NCBI RefSeq assembly: GCF_021028975.2
Contig: NC_059429.1
Coordinates: 20,398,001-20,462,000, forward strand
DNA: 64,000 nucleotides
Direction: 5' to 3'
Source of the DNA: Sphaerodactylus townsendi
Taxonomy: Eukaryota
In this document: piece by piece, positions 50,078-60,895 of the stretch
Numbering within the stretch: the stretch's first letter is position 1
Layout: every line of letters starts with the position of its first letter
Notes under the pieces: generated by a model
Told to the model about the DNA's origin: nothing
The model's database searches: none
The model's input: only the letters and a program-made list of their open reading frames with translations
Made by a program: the position numbers and the translations under genes

Positions 50078-50322
50078 TAGAGAGTGGTTAAGTGCAGGTG
50101 GACTCTAATCTGGAGAATCAGGTTTGATTCCCTGCTCCTCCCCGTAAGCGATGGACTCTTATCTGGTTAACTGAATTTGTTTCCCCACTCCTTCACACAA
50201 AGCCTGCTGAGTGACCTTGGGCTATGTTGTGAGGAAAGGAAGGGAAAAGGAGTTTACTGTAAGCAGCCTGGAAACTGCTTACAGGAGAGAAAGGTGGTGT
50301 ATAAATCCAAACTTCTCTTTTT
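50078..50322 (+). mobile_element. tRNA-derived SINE (Squam3-like)
   Basis: Head, B-box and tail match the other copies. Confidence 0.8.
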
Positions 50323-50450
50323 TCTAACCTGCCGCGCACACCCAAAATACACCTTCAAAGTTTTATCCCCGAACCATTCTCCTAGTCACAGCCTGGGAAC
50401 ACTTGAGGAATGGTGTGGGGGAGCACCTTAAGAGAGAGGGTGGCCTAGAA

Positions 50451-50586
50451 CATAAGTGTCAAACTCATGGCCCTCCAGATGTTATGGACTACAGTTCCCA
50501 TCATCCCCTGCCAGCATCATGCAGGCAGGGGGATGATGGGAACTGTAGTTCATAAGATCTGGAGGGCCGCACCTTTGACACCTGTG
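50451..50586. mobile_element. Palindromic hAT MITE
   Basis: CATAAGTGTCAAA...TTTGACACCTGTG. Perfect TSD GCCTAGAA. ACTACAGTTCCCA on both arms. Confidence 0.9.
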
Positions 50587-50907
50587 GCCTAGAAATTGTC
50601 CTGAGGGACATGGAACTGGAAAGCCAATGAAGGGCAAAAAGTGCTGGGTGAAAAAATATAATTACCAACCATCAGGTAGATCCTGGATATCTCCTTGAAT
50701 TCCAGCTGATCCCCAAATTACAGATATGTTGATCTGGAGAAAATAGCTTCTTTGGAGGGTGGACTCTATGGGACTTGCCCCAGCTGAGGTCCCTCCCCTC
50801 CCCTTCCCAAACCTCACCCCTCCCAGGTTCCACCACCTCAGTCTCCAGGAATTTGCCAACCTAGAGTCAGCAAACCTAGAGACGGCAGGCTGAGGAAATG
50901 AATCGGT

Positions 50908-51173
50908 TGAAGAAGAAGAAGAGTTGGATTTCTCTCCTGTAAGGAGACCCAAAGGGGCTTACAATTCCCTTCCCCACCCACAACAAACACCCGTTGAGGT
51001 GGGTGGGGCTGAGAGAGTTCCAAAGAACTGTGACTAGCCCAAAGTCACCCAGCTGGCGTGGGTTTGAGTGCACAAGCTAATCCGGTTCCCCAGATAAGCC
51101 TCCACAGCTCAAGTGGTAGAGAAAGGAATCAAACCTGGTTGTCCAGATTAGAGTGCACCTACTCTTAACCACT
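50908..51173 (-). mobile_element. tRNA-derived SINE (Squam3-like)
   Basis: (GAA)n tail, body, and reverse-complement head CTCTTAACCACTAC. Confidence 0.85.
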
Positions 51174-51299
51174 ACAGTATGCTGAGGGCATGACTTGGTC
51201 CCACTTCAACACAAGTTCTGAAACGCTTCCAGTAGTTTATGAAGGGAGTAAAAGTAAGGAGATGGCAGTTTGGGTAAAATAGACTGCTAACAGAGATGG

Positions 51300-51535
51300 A
51301 GGAGAGCCAGAGTGGTGTAGTGGTTAAGAGCGGCGAGCTCTCATCTGGACAACCAGGTTCGATTCCCCACTCCTCCCCATGAGATCTGCTGGGTGACCTT
51401 GGGCCAGTCATAGTTCTCTCAGGACGTTCTCAGTTCACACGGAGAAAGGCAGTGGTAAACCATTTCCAAACGTCTCTTGCTTGAAAACCCTACGGGGTCG
51501 CCATTAAAACAGCTGTGATTTGACGACACGTACAC
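51300..51535 (+). mobile_element. tRNA-derived SINE
   Basis: TGGTGTAGTGGTTAAGAGC A-box, GGTTCGATTCC B-box, CTTGAAAACCCTACGGGGTCGCCAT tail. Confidence 0.85.
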
Positions 51536-52138
51536 ACACAATAGAGATGGACTGGACAGGCAAGACAGCTGGGATGTGTTAACGTGGTTTTTGTCATGTG
51601 GCTGTACAGAGATGACCCCTCTGTGCATCCATCTATCTGCCAACACACAGTGTCGCAAACCGTCCCTCATCCACTAACCTTTCAGGACTGAGCTTTGGTG
51701 TAGAGGGACATACCCGGCAGGTGCATCTTGAATTCATTTCATTACCATCGATCCAGTCACTTTGCCAAGCTGAAAGCTGTCTGAACGCCCACACCTCCTT
51801 TCCTCAAGGTAAACATCGAGCTTATCAGATCTATGCTGAATGCTCAGTTTTCTTCCACCCCCATTGACCTTGTATCTCGTTAAAATAATAATTTCCTGTT
51901 GTAGGGAAGATGTCCGTCTTGCACGGCAGTTGGTGTTTTCGTTGGAAACTGACGCCTGAAAATATGGCAACCGAAACCTCCGGTAGCACTTATCGACAAA
52001 AATAATCTTCCAGCAGATGCCTGGATGTGTGTCCCACCCAGCACATTTCCACAGAGACCTGTGGTGGGAGGCATCAGTCAAGTGGTTGCGCTTCGGTTTC
52101 CTTTCTACTGGGGAAAAGGGATTTGGTGGGAGAGGAGG

Positions 52139-52520
52139 CGCTGATATTCTGCTATCGTTTCACATGCTGCCTATGACTGAGTACACGCAGTGGTGCCGAT
52201 ATTCTGCTACTGTTTCATGTACTGCACATAACTGAGTACCACTCAGTAGTGCCGATATTCGGCTATTTTTACGTAACTGATTACCACTCAGTAGTGCCGA
52301 TATTCGGCTATTTTTACATAACTACCACTCAGTAGTGCTGATATTCGGCTATTTTTATATAACTGAATACCACTCAGTAGTGCTGATATTCGGCTATTTC
52401 TACACAACTGAGTACCACTCAGTAGTGCCGGCATTCGGCTATTTTTACATTTGCTGCACATTTCTGATTATTACTCAGCAGTGCCGATATTCGGCTATTG
52501 TTTCATTTGCTACACGATTC
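52139..52520. repeat. 45-bp minisatellite, ~8 copies
   Basis: Unit AACTGAGTACCACTCAGTAGTGCCGATATTCGGCTATTTTTACRT, period 45 between 52231 and 52276. Outer copies are more diverged. Confidence 0.92.
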
Positions 52521-52929
52521 CGAATTTCACTCCGTGTCTCTCGGGTGCTTGACAGCCGTACTTGGTATTTTTGTAGCTAGGTTCCTTCGTCCCTTGAGAA
52601 GGATCACGGAAAGGCAATGGCTGGAGAAGTGACCTATGAGAAATACCTGTGCTGAGGACTGGTCAGAGGCAGGTTAGTTAGGCAATACCATTACAGGAAT
52701 ACCATGTGCAAGTCACTTGCTTCACTTTGCTTGTGTCACAGGGTGATGAACATGATAGGAGCTGAAACCCCAAAGCAGTTTATACATACTCCTCATAAAT
52801 GATATCTCTGTTTAGCAAAGTCAGATGCTGAACCCCTCATCCCTCATGCAGATTTGCTTTGTTTTCTAAAACTCATAGCCTGCCCTACTAACCCTTAGAA
52901 ATCAACAAGAGCCTGCTATTGGCATGGGG

Positions 52930-53065
52930 CCGTGGTGGCGAACCTTTGGCACTCCAGATGTTATGGACTACAATTCCCATCAGCCCCTGCCAGCATGGCC
53001 AGTTGAGGGAATTGATGGGAATTGTAGTCCATAACATCTGGAGTGCCAAAGGTTCACCACCACTG
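52930..53065. mobile_element. Palindromic hAT MITE
   Basis: GTGGTGGCGAACCTTTGGCACTCCAGATG...CATCTGGAGTGCCAAAGGTTCACCACCACTG. Confidence 0.85.
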
Positions 53066-53161
53066 GGGGATATATCCAATATTAAAACACTTTGAGGAAT
53101 GCTATTTCCCTTAGGCCTTGCTTGGAAGTATCTCCGGGGAACCAGCCTTAAATCTGGACAT

Positions 53162-53167
53162 TTTATT
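53162..53167 (-). terminator. LINGO3: Candidate LINGO3 poly(A) signal
   Basis: First AATAAA I noticed on the minus strand after the stop codon (~1.6 kb downstream), just before transposon-rich sequence resumes. Confidence 0.4.
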
Positions 53168-54800
53168 TGACCCTGAGAACAAAGAAGGAGTTGTCTTGGT
53201 CAAGCGGGGTTTCCTCCCTCGCCTTCGCCACGTTGACCTTCAAAAAGAAATGTAGCTTGCTGTACTAACAAGACACAGGATGCAGTCCACCAGGAAGACC
53301 TTGTAACAATCCCATTCAACTCAGTAAAGTTCCAGCAACACCTCCCCCGAAAATTGTAACCCCCTTGCTTGTTAAAAAGCTCTCCTTTAAACAAAAGCTA
53401 CACACACAGTTCTTTTTCCTTTCCTTTCCACGAAACCGGAAGTACACTCTTTCGGCCTTGCCAAAACCCAACAGTATCAATGGGATTCACTTCCTAGCAA
53501 GCTTACAAAGCCGGTGAGCCTACATTGCATGCACAATTTCTGTATGCGCACCCACAGAAGAAAGGAAGGAGTTCCATTCGGGTCACTAATAACCGGAAGG
53601 GTTCGCCCGTCCCTGTTAATTCCTGCTTCCAGGACGTTGTGTTCAATTCAATGTGTCTGAGTGGGAAAAAAGCACGTTATTGCTTTGGGCAGGTAGGATA
53701 AACATTTGCTGGAAACCCTTATTAAAAAGACTAGAAAGGACTCAAAGGCACTACACCTCCCCAGCAAGCTTTCACATCACTGGATCGCCTTCAAAGGGAT
53801 GGGAAGACGGGCTGGGATGGAGCAGTCACGTGTCACCCCCCCTCCCCGCTCCCCCGGGCTGGAATCCTCATCTGTACAGGAAGATGTTTGTTGGGAGTGC
53901 ATATAAAACAGTTTAAAAAGGAATCCATGCACTAGATCAAGATTTTCAAAAATAGTCACTAAAAAAAGGACAACGATATGAGGTTCTTCAAAGCCCAAAC
54001 ATATGGATGCTCTCGTTATTCGAGAAATGCATAGTTGATACTAGGAAGAAAAAGAAAAAAGCTACAGTGTGAGGACCTCAAAACCACAAGTTGTGTGTGC
54101 GCATGCCTCATTGGTACTAGGGGAATTCAGGGCAATGGAAGCACAGTTGTTCAGAGAGCACGAGAGATGTATCCGTAAATCGGAGAGAGACCTCCAGGAA
54201 GACAGCCACGGCTATCCCAAGGTGGAACGCTTCTGCTACGTTAATGTCTCCAGCAAGATCAGGGAGGTGAATTTGCAAGTTCACTGCTCACCTCTGAGCC
54301 CTTGAAGTAGAACTGGATGGATGGAGAAACAACGTCCCCCGTAATCATTCATTCTTATGGGGTTATCAACTTAAGCCCCCAGTGGAAGATTCCCCAGTAG
54401 CCCTAGGTCAGAGGCGTATCAGGAGGAAATGGTGCCTGGAGACACACCTTCTTGGGGTGCCCCCTGCACCCCCTGCGCTTGGGGGGAGTGGCTTGGGGAA
54501 CTGAGTCCCACCCCCGGCCTCTGTGCAGGCCAGCTTTTGCCTGGGGAGGAAAAAAGCCAGTCTGCACAAAGGCGGGGGGGGGGCCTCGGGGAGGTGGGGG
54601 GGCTTGGTGATGTGCGGCTGGGTCACACACTGTTTTGTCACATGGGGGGGCACCCGGCATGTGCCCGGGTATATGGGTGACCCCATGTCCCTATAGGCCA
54701 TACGCCTCTGCCCTATGTGGCTACTAAACCCCAAAAAACCCCAACCTGCCTTAATATCAGCAGATGGCACCTTGAAAGGCTCCCACCCATCCCCAGATCT

Positions 54801-56618
54801 TCAAATCATTTTCATGTTGAACTTCCTGGCACCACCTTGGCCCGCCGTCGTGGTCGGGCCGTCCACCTTACGGAAGGAGTACTCCACAGAGAAGTTGTTC
54901 TTATGCTGTCCACGGCCCCGGCTCCAGACAAAAAGGAGGAGGAAGCAAAAGAGGACCACACCTAAGAAAGTGATGCAGCCCATGGCCGTGGACACCAAGA
55001 TGGTTTTGAGGTCCAACGTAAACTTTAAGAAAACATGTGTGTTGTTGTGAAAAGTATCGTTGAACTCGCTGAGGTACAAGGTCCTGTTTGCATAGAGGGA
55101 ACTGTCAATGGAATGCCCTTTGACTGTCAAGGTGGCAAAGTATGTGTCATTGCCCCCCGCGTTACTGGCAATGCAAATGTAGGTGCCACTGTCTTGGACC
55201 TGGGCATAGCGGATTTCTAATGTCCCACTAGGCAAGACGGTGGCTCGCCCAGCAGTCTTGGTGGTGATCATCCTGTGCTGAGGAGACACCCAGATAATAG
55301 TTGGGATGGGGTCCCCATCGGCCCGACACAGAAAGGACACTGCCTGCCCTTCGTAAGCTGTGATATGCTGGAGCTTTCGGTCCCTTATTTGGGGCTTTTG
55401 GCAGGTGAAATATTCGAAGAGGACAGAGTCTGGGAAATCTTGCAGGGCGTTCCCCTGTATCTCAGGTGGCGAGGAACACATTGGAGGTTGTCCGTCAAAG
55501 TTCAGCGTCTTGCGGCGCTGAAGGATCCAGAGGAGACGGCAGTCGCAGACCAAAGGGTTCCGGTCTACTCTGAGAGTTTCCAGTGTGTTCACCGAGTGGA
55601 AGGTGCTTTCTTCCAGAGTGGACAAGAAGTTGTTGGATAGATTGACGAGGCGAATCTGCCTCAAGCCAAAGAGCGCCTGAGGTTCAACCAAGACCAAAAG
55701 GGCACCCACCATGTGGAGCTCTCTAAGCCGAAAAAGATCCTTGAAGGCCCCCTTGGGCACAGTGCTGATGGGGTTGTAGGACAAATTGAGGTACATGAGA
55801 TGGACCAGGTTCCTCAAGGCAGCTGTGGGCACCACTGTGATATTGGTGTAAGTTATGGAGAGGGAGGTGAGGTTTAATCCCTGGAAGCCGTTCGGTGAAA
55901 TGTCCTCCAGGAGCGGCCAATTTTCAACTTCCAGCTGCCAAAGATTATAAAGCTTCTTAAAGTTCTGATCATCTATTGAGGCAACGCTGAGGTGTCGGAG
56001 GCGGAGGACCTCTAGGTTTTGGAGGCGTGAGAGGGATTCGGCTGAGATGCCGGTCAGGTTACACTTCTCTATGGTCAGCTGCTGAAGACTGACCAGGCCG
56101 GAGAAAGCCTTTCGGGAAATATACACCAAGTCATTGTCTCCCACTTCCAGGGTCTTCAGATTCCTCAGGTCTTGAAAGACGTAGTCCAAAAGGATGACTA
56201 ATTTGTTCTCACTTATGTCCAGAAGAGTGAGATTGGACAGTTTACTGAAGACACCCAGTGGGATCAGTTTGAGCTGGTTGCCGCGCAACCGCAAAGTCTG
56301 CAGGTTGAGGAGATTACTGAAAGCCCCCGGTTCCACATTTGTGATGATGTTCTCACTGAAATCGAGCTCTTCCAGTAGAGGATACGGGGCCAAGTCCCCC
56401 GAGTTCAGGCAGCGTATGCGGTTCTTGTTCAGCTCCAGGATCTTTGTTTCTGTTGGTATCCCCTCAGGTATGGAGGTCAAGCGCTTGCGGTGGCAGATGA
56501 CCGACTTGATCTGAGGGACGCACTCGCAACGAGCTGGGCAAGCGGCAACCAGGGCAGTGCTAAGGAGAACGCAGTGGAGGACCAGGACCGGAAGACAACA
56601 TGTCATTGTGTAGTGCAT
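54801..56618 (-). CDS. LINGO3: Leucine-rich repeat and Ig domain-containing Nogo receptor-interacting protein 3, single coding exon, 605 aa
   Basis: Signal peptide, LRRNT CPARCEC, LRRs, LRRCT NPLVCDCRL, Ig domain, transmembrane helix, C-terminus GQGGARKFNMKMI. Motifs NRIRCLN, LRGNQLKLIP and DQNFKKL fit paralogue 3. Splice acceptor TCTTCCAG at 56653. Confidence 0.95.
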   Translation of the reverse strand: MHYTMTCCLPVLVLHCVLLSTALVAACPARCECVPQIKSVICHRKRLTSIPEGIPTETKILELNKNRIRCLNSGDLAPYPLLEELDFSENIITNVEPGAFSNLLNLQTLRLRGNQLKLIPLGVFSKLSNLTLLDISENKLVILLDYVFQDLRNLKTLEVGDNDLVYISRKAFSGLVSLQQLTIEKCNLTGISAESLSRLQNLEVLRLRHLSVASIDDQNFKKLYNLWQLEVENWPLLEDISPNGFQGLNLTSLSITYTNITVVPTAALRNLVHLMYLNLSYNPISTVPKGAFKDLFRLRELHMVGALLVLVEPQALFGLRQIRLVNLSNNFLSTLEESTFHSVNTLETLRVDRNPLVCDCRLLWILQRRKTLNFDGQPPMCSSPPEIQGNALQDFPDSVLFEYFTCQKPQIRDRKLQHITAYEGQAVSFLCRADGDPIPTIIWVSPQHRMITTKTAGRATVLPSGTLEIRYAQVQDSGTYICIASNAGGNDTYFATLTVKGHSIDSSLYANRTLYLSEFNDTFHNNTHVFLKFTLDLKTILVSTAMGCITFLGVVLFCFLLLFVWSRGRGQHKNNFSVEYSFRKVDGPTTTAGQGGARKFNMKMI

Positions 56619-56904
56619 TGTCTCACGGTTGCACTACCATTTTCTCACACACCTGGAAGACAGAGAGAGACAGGAAGATAGCCGCTTAAAACTGGTTTAT
56701 GATAACGTTAGGGCTCTGCGAGTTCTCTCAGGGTTCAGAGCCAAAATGTATGTGCATTTTGCCAAGCGTGTTCAGGGAATCGCAGGTTTGGCAGAAGGGT
56801 GCTGTCTTCATCCCCAGGATCCTTTCCCCCCTGGCCTCTCATTAGCTGATACTGCACTGGGAGTCCCACAACTCTCTCAAGTGAGTAACATTAAAATAAA
56901 TATT

Positions 56905-57112
56905 GTTGAAGGCTTTCACAGCTGGAATCACTAGTGCATTGTGGGTTCTCTGGGTTGCATGGCCGTGTTCCAGTAGCATTTTCTCCTGACGTTTTGCCTG
57001 CATCTGTGGCTGGAATCTTCAGATCTTCTGAAGATGCCAGCCACAGATGTAGGTGAAATGTCAGGAGAAAATACTATTGGAACATGGCCATACAACCCAT
57101 AAAACCCACAAC
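56905..57112. mobile_element. Palindromic Penelope-like fragment with two divergently oriented hammerhead remnants
   Basis: TTGAAGGCTTTCACAGCTGGAATC end. CTGAAGATGCCAGCCACAGATGTAGGTGAAATGTC at 57028-57062 and its inverted copy at ~56987-57022. Confidence 0.8.
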
Positions 57113-57279
57113 ACATTAAAAGAAATACAATACCAGTTGTGCTTAATTCAATACGAGCCCCAAGCAATGCAACTATGGTAAGAGTTATTTGAATCTTGCG
57201 CCCCCCCCAGCTCCATTTGGTCCCTGAAAACATGTACCAAAAGAAGGTTGTATGCCCCAAAAGAGATCACAACTGAAAT

Positions 57280-57790
57280 TAGGGTTGCCGGCTCCCATGT
57301 TGGAGCTGGAGATCTCCTTAAATCACAATTGATCCCCAGGCTACAGAAATCAGTGCCATTGGAGGAAATGGCCGCCTCAGAGGGTCAGCACTAAGGAACC
57401 GCCCCGCCCCCGGGCTTCCCAGACTCTGCTCTCCTCAGGGACAACCACTCAAATCTCCAGGAATTTTCCAAACCAGAGTTGGCAACTATAACTGAAGTGA
57501 AAACAACTAAATGGGTTCACAAGGCCAACAGAGACAAGCAGAAAATATTTAAACATTAACACATTTAAATCTACAACTAGGCCACGAATGGGACTGCTAA
57601 CCCAGGGATGGGAAATGGCGGGAAATTTGGAGGCAGAACCCGGGGAGGGGAAGGAGATCAATGAGTATATTATGCCATCAATTTCACCCTGTGAAGCTAC
57701 CAATTCTTTCAGGGGAGCTGATCTCTGTAGTCTGGAGATCAGTAGTAATTCTGGGAGAACTCCACCCCCCACCCCCGAGCTTGGCGACCA
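57280..57790. mobile_element. Two oppositely oriented copies of a TAGGGTTGCC-terminated short repeat (probably hAT-derived)
   Basis: TAGGGTTGCC...AAATCTCCAGGAATTT...TGGCAAC. Related copies at ~39860-40030, ~50660-50880 and ~60038-60225. Confidence 0.6.
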
Positions 57791-57807
57791 TAACCACAAC
57801 ACATATG

Positions 57808-59531
57808 AAGAAAAAGAGAAGAGAGAAGTTTTGGATTTATATCCCCCCTTTCTCTCCTGTAGGAGACTCAATCTCCTTGCCCTTCCCCCCTCACAACAAA
57901 CACCCTGTGAGGTAGGTGGGGCTGACAGAGCTCCGAGAAGCTGTGACTAGCCCAAGGTGTGATAGATGAAAATGTTGCTTTTACATATGCCAAAGAGGTG
58001 TTACTTTTATAAAGTATACACGGGACAATGACAATGATTGCCTTATAAGTTATAAAAGAAGGTAGCTTTAGGTGTTTTCATAAGGTGTAAGATTATATTG
58101 AGTTATCTACACACATAAACATATTTAGTGCACAAATATTGGATTTAGAAGTCACAAAGAATATACCCTTCACAGAATCACAAGATTTAGTAGGTGAACT
58201 CTGAATATAAAGTCCATGTATAGTATCTACACTTGAATAAAAAGCCTGTTAAGTTGGATAGAATTCAAAGAGAGATGGGAGTATGATGCTTAGTATATTC
58301 CATTTAGACTTTGTGTATTTTCTTATCATGTATCCCAATTAAAAGCACACCTGCTTTAAAAATGAGCTAGCAGAAGAACAAGAAAGGTCAATAGGGTTAG
58401 GGGAATAATAAGGTGATGTGGTGATGTAGTAGTTTATAATCATGTTTTGTATATTTGAATGCTTTTATATTAGTAGCTTAAATAAGGAAACTTTTAAAGC
58501 AATATGTTAATCACTCATGTTCAATATATGTATCCTAATGCTTCATGTGTAATGAATCTACTGCTACTAAATGTTATCTCTCTCAGTTTAAAGTGTAAAA
58601 ATAGCTAAAACAGCTTTGCTTCTCTAGATCCCTAATCAGTGGAGGTGCTATTAAGCTAAGAAACTCCATTCAGAAGCTTCTTAAGGCCTCTAGCTAAAGT
58701 CTTTTTTCTAAGATAGCTTCTGAAGCCTGGCTTCAATAGTCCTCTAAACAGTAATAGAACATGAGGTTCTTGTGCCAAAACCAGGAAGGGCACCTGCTGA
58801 TAAGAGGGGCCCCTAGCAAGCTTGGGATAGTCAGTCTTCAAACGCAGGGGAGTGGGTCAGGAAGACCTAGGGTTCTTGTGCCAAGAGAGTTACCCACTTA
58901 TAGGCGGCTAAGATCCTGTGCCAAGGTAGAAGGCACTTTGGATGAAGGGGTAAAATATGTATGGTGTCTTCTACAGTAAGATAAAGGGAACCAAAAGACG
59001 TGCTTCTTGCAGGTGCATGGATATATATCATGAGAGACGATGCTAACGGAAGGGTTGACAACTAAGAACCAAAATATTAATTGCAGGAAATGAGCATATA
59101 GAGATGTATTAAGTTGAGGAGATACCACCTGGTATATGACATAGTATGCCTAGATGAATTGTAATAGGCTATGGCCCTCATCTCCTAGCCAATGGAGAAG
59201 TGAGGGAGGGATTGGGTGGTCCTGAAAAAGTATTATAAACTGTTGTAGAACAAAGGAAGGGTGTGCCTACTACTGGGTGGACACCCGATCTTGCAAGACC
59301 GTAAACCAATAAAAGCTTTGTTACCTGCTTCACCAACTTTGTCCAGATTATTTTGAGGGTCCTTGGACCCACGTTTCTAACAAAGGTCACCCAGCTGGCA
59401 TGTGTGGGAGTGCACAGGGTAATCTGAATTCCCCAGATAAGCCTCCACAGCTCAGGCGGCAGAGCTGGGAATCAAACCCGGTTCCTCCAGATTAGATACA
59501 CGAGCTCTTAACCTCCTACGCCACTGCTGCT
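57808..59531 (-). mobile_element. tRNA-derived SINE split in two (57808-57957 and 59383-59531) by an LTR
   Basis: Removing 57958-59386 restores GTGACTAGCCCAAGGTCACCCAG, as in the intact copy at ~62430-62452. Confidence 0.9.
57958..59382 (+). mobile_element. Solo LTR, 1425 bp
   Basis: TGTGATAG...TTCTAACA ends. Perfect 4-bp TSD AAGG. CCAAT at 59189, TATAAA at 59234, AATAAA at 59308. Confidence 0.9.
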
Positions 59532-59701
59532 CAAAGCTGAATTTATACAGAGGCAGACCCTTGGTTGATCACGGCAAGGAACCTCTATTCTGAGTGACAG
59601 CGGTGTTTCAAAGTCTCACATTGAGTTCTTACAGGTCACCTACTACAGTGATCAAGGATTTACAGGGTGATCACCTGACCAGGCAAATGTTATTGGACTG
59701 T

Positions 59702-59970
59702 AAAGGTAAAGCTTCCCCTTCAGTCGTGTCCGACCCTGGGGTACCACTGCGAGCAGTGATTTCATAGGCAAGCCGTTTTTGTGGGGTAGTTTGCCATTTC
59801 TTTCCCCCGCCATTCTTTACCCCCTAGCTACTCATCTACTGACCAAGGAATGGATGGATGGCTGAGTTGACCATGAGCCAGCTGCCAGAATATCTGACCC
59901 ACAGGGGGCTCGAACTCCTGACTGTGTGAGTGGCAGTGCAAGCACTTAACCACTATGCCACGCGGCTCCT
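59702..59970 (-). mobile_element. Sauria-type SINE
   Basis: AAAGGTAAAG...AGTCGTGTCCGACCCTGGGG end and a reverse tRNA head (CTTAACCACTATGCCAC). Flanked by the direct repeat TGGACTGTAAA. Confidence 0.75.
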
Positions 59971-60247
59971 ACTGGACTGTAAATGAATATTACTCATGAT
60001 TCCTTCAAGGCCAGAAAGTCGCTGTACAGGTGGCAGCTAAGGGTGCCAGGGCCCAGGTGGGACTTGGAGACCTCTCAGAATTACAGCTCATCCCCAAGCT
60101 ACAGAGATGAGTCCCCCTGGAGAAAATGGATATTTTGGAGGGTGGACTCTGTGGCATTGTACCCCACTGAGGTCCCTGATCTCCCCAGGCCCCAATCTGC
60201 AAATCTCCAGGAAATTTCCAACCCTAATTCCCCCACCCCTCACACAA

Positions 60248-60895
60248 TTAAGGCACTCCTGACAGATGGTCATCCAGCCTCTGTTTAAAAACCTCCAAAG
60301 AAGGAGACTCCACTACACTCCGTGGTAGTGCATTCCACTGTTGAACAGCCCTTACTGTCAGGAAGTTTTTCCTGATGTTTAGGTGGAATCTCTTTTTCTT
60401 CTGCTTGAACCTATTACTCCTAGTCCTAGTCTCTGGAGCAGCAGGAAACAAGTTTGCTCCAACAGGACATCTTAACCTTCTCTTCACCACACTAAACATA
60501 CCCAGCTCCCTAAGTCTCTCCTCGTAGGGCATGGACTCCAGACTTTTTACCATTTTGGTTGCCCTCTTCTCAACCCGTTCCAGCTTGTCAATATCCTCCT
60601 TGAATTGCGGTGCCCAGAACTGTACACAATATTCCAGGTGAGGTCTAACCAAAGCAGAATAGAGAGGTACAATTATATCCCTCAATCTAGGCACTATACT
60701 CCTATTGATACAACCCAGAATCGCATTGGCTTTTTTGGCTGCCGCATCACACTGCTGACTCATGTTCAGTTTGTGGTCTACTAAGACTCCCAGATCCCTT
60801 CTGCATGTAGTGTTGTCAAGCCAGGCGTCACCCATCCTACATCTGTGCATTTCATTTTTTCTGCCTAAGTGTATAGTATCTTACATTTATCTCTG
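60248..60895 (-). mobile_element. CR1 LINE ORF2 C-terminal fragment
   Basis: RDLGVLVDHKLNMSQQC..AAKKANAILGCI..PLYSALVRPHLEYCVQFWAP..YEERLRELG is a canonical CR1 sequence. Confidence 0.95.

Noticed and set aside
52139-52520. CRISPR-like array of palindromic repeats
   Set aside because: The units are contiguous with no unique spacers, there are no cas genes, and the context is vertebrate. It is a minisatellite.
57958-59382. Assigning the long LTR to foamy viruses
   Set aside because: Length and the 4-bp TSD fit, but the TATA-to-AATAAA distance (~75 bp) and the U5 are short. There is no internal coding sequence to classify.
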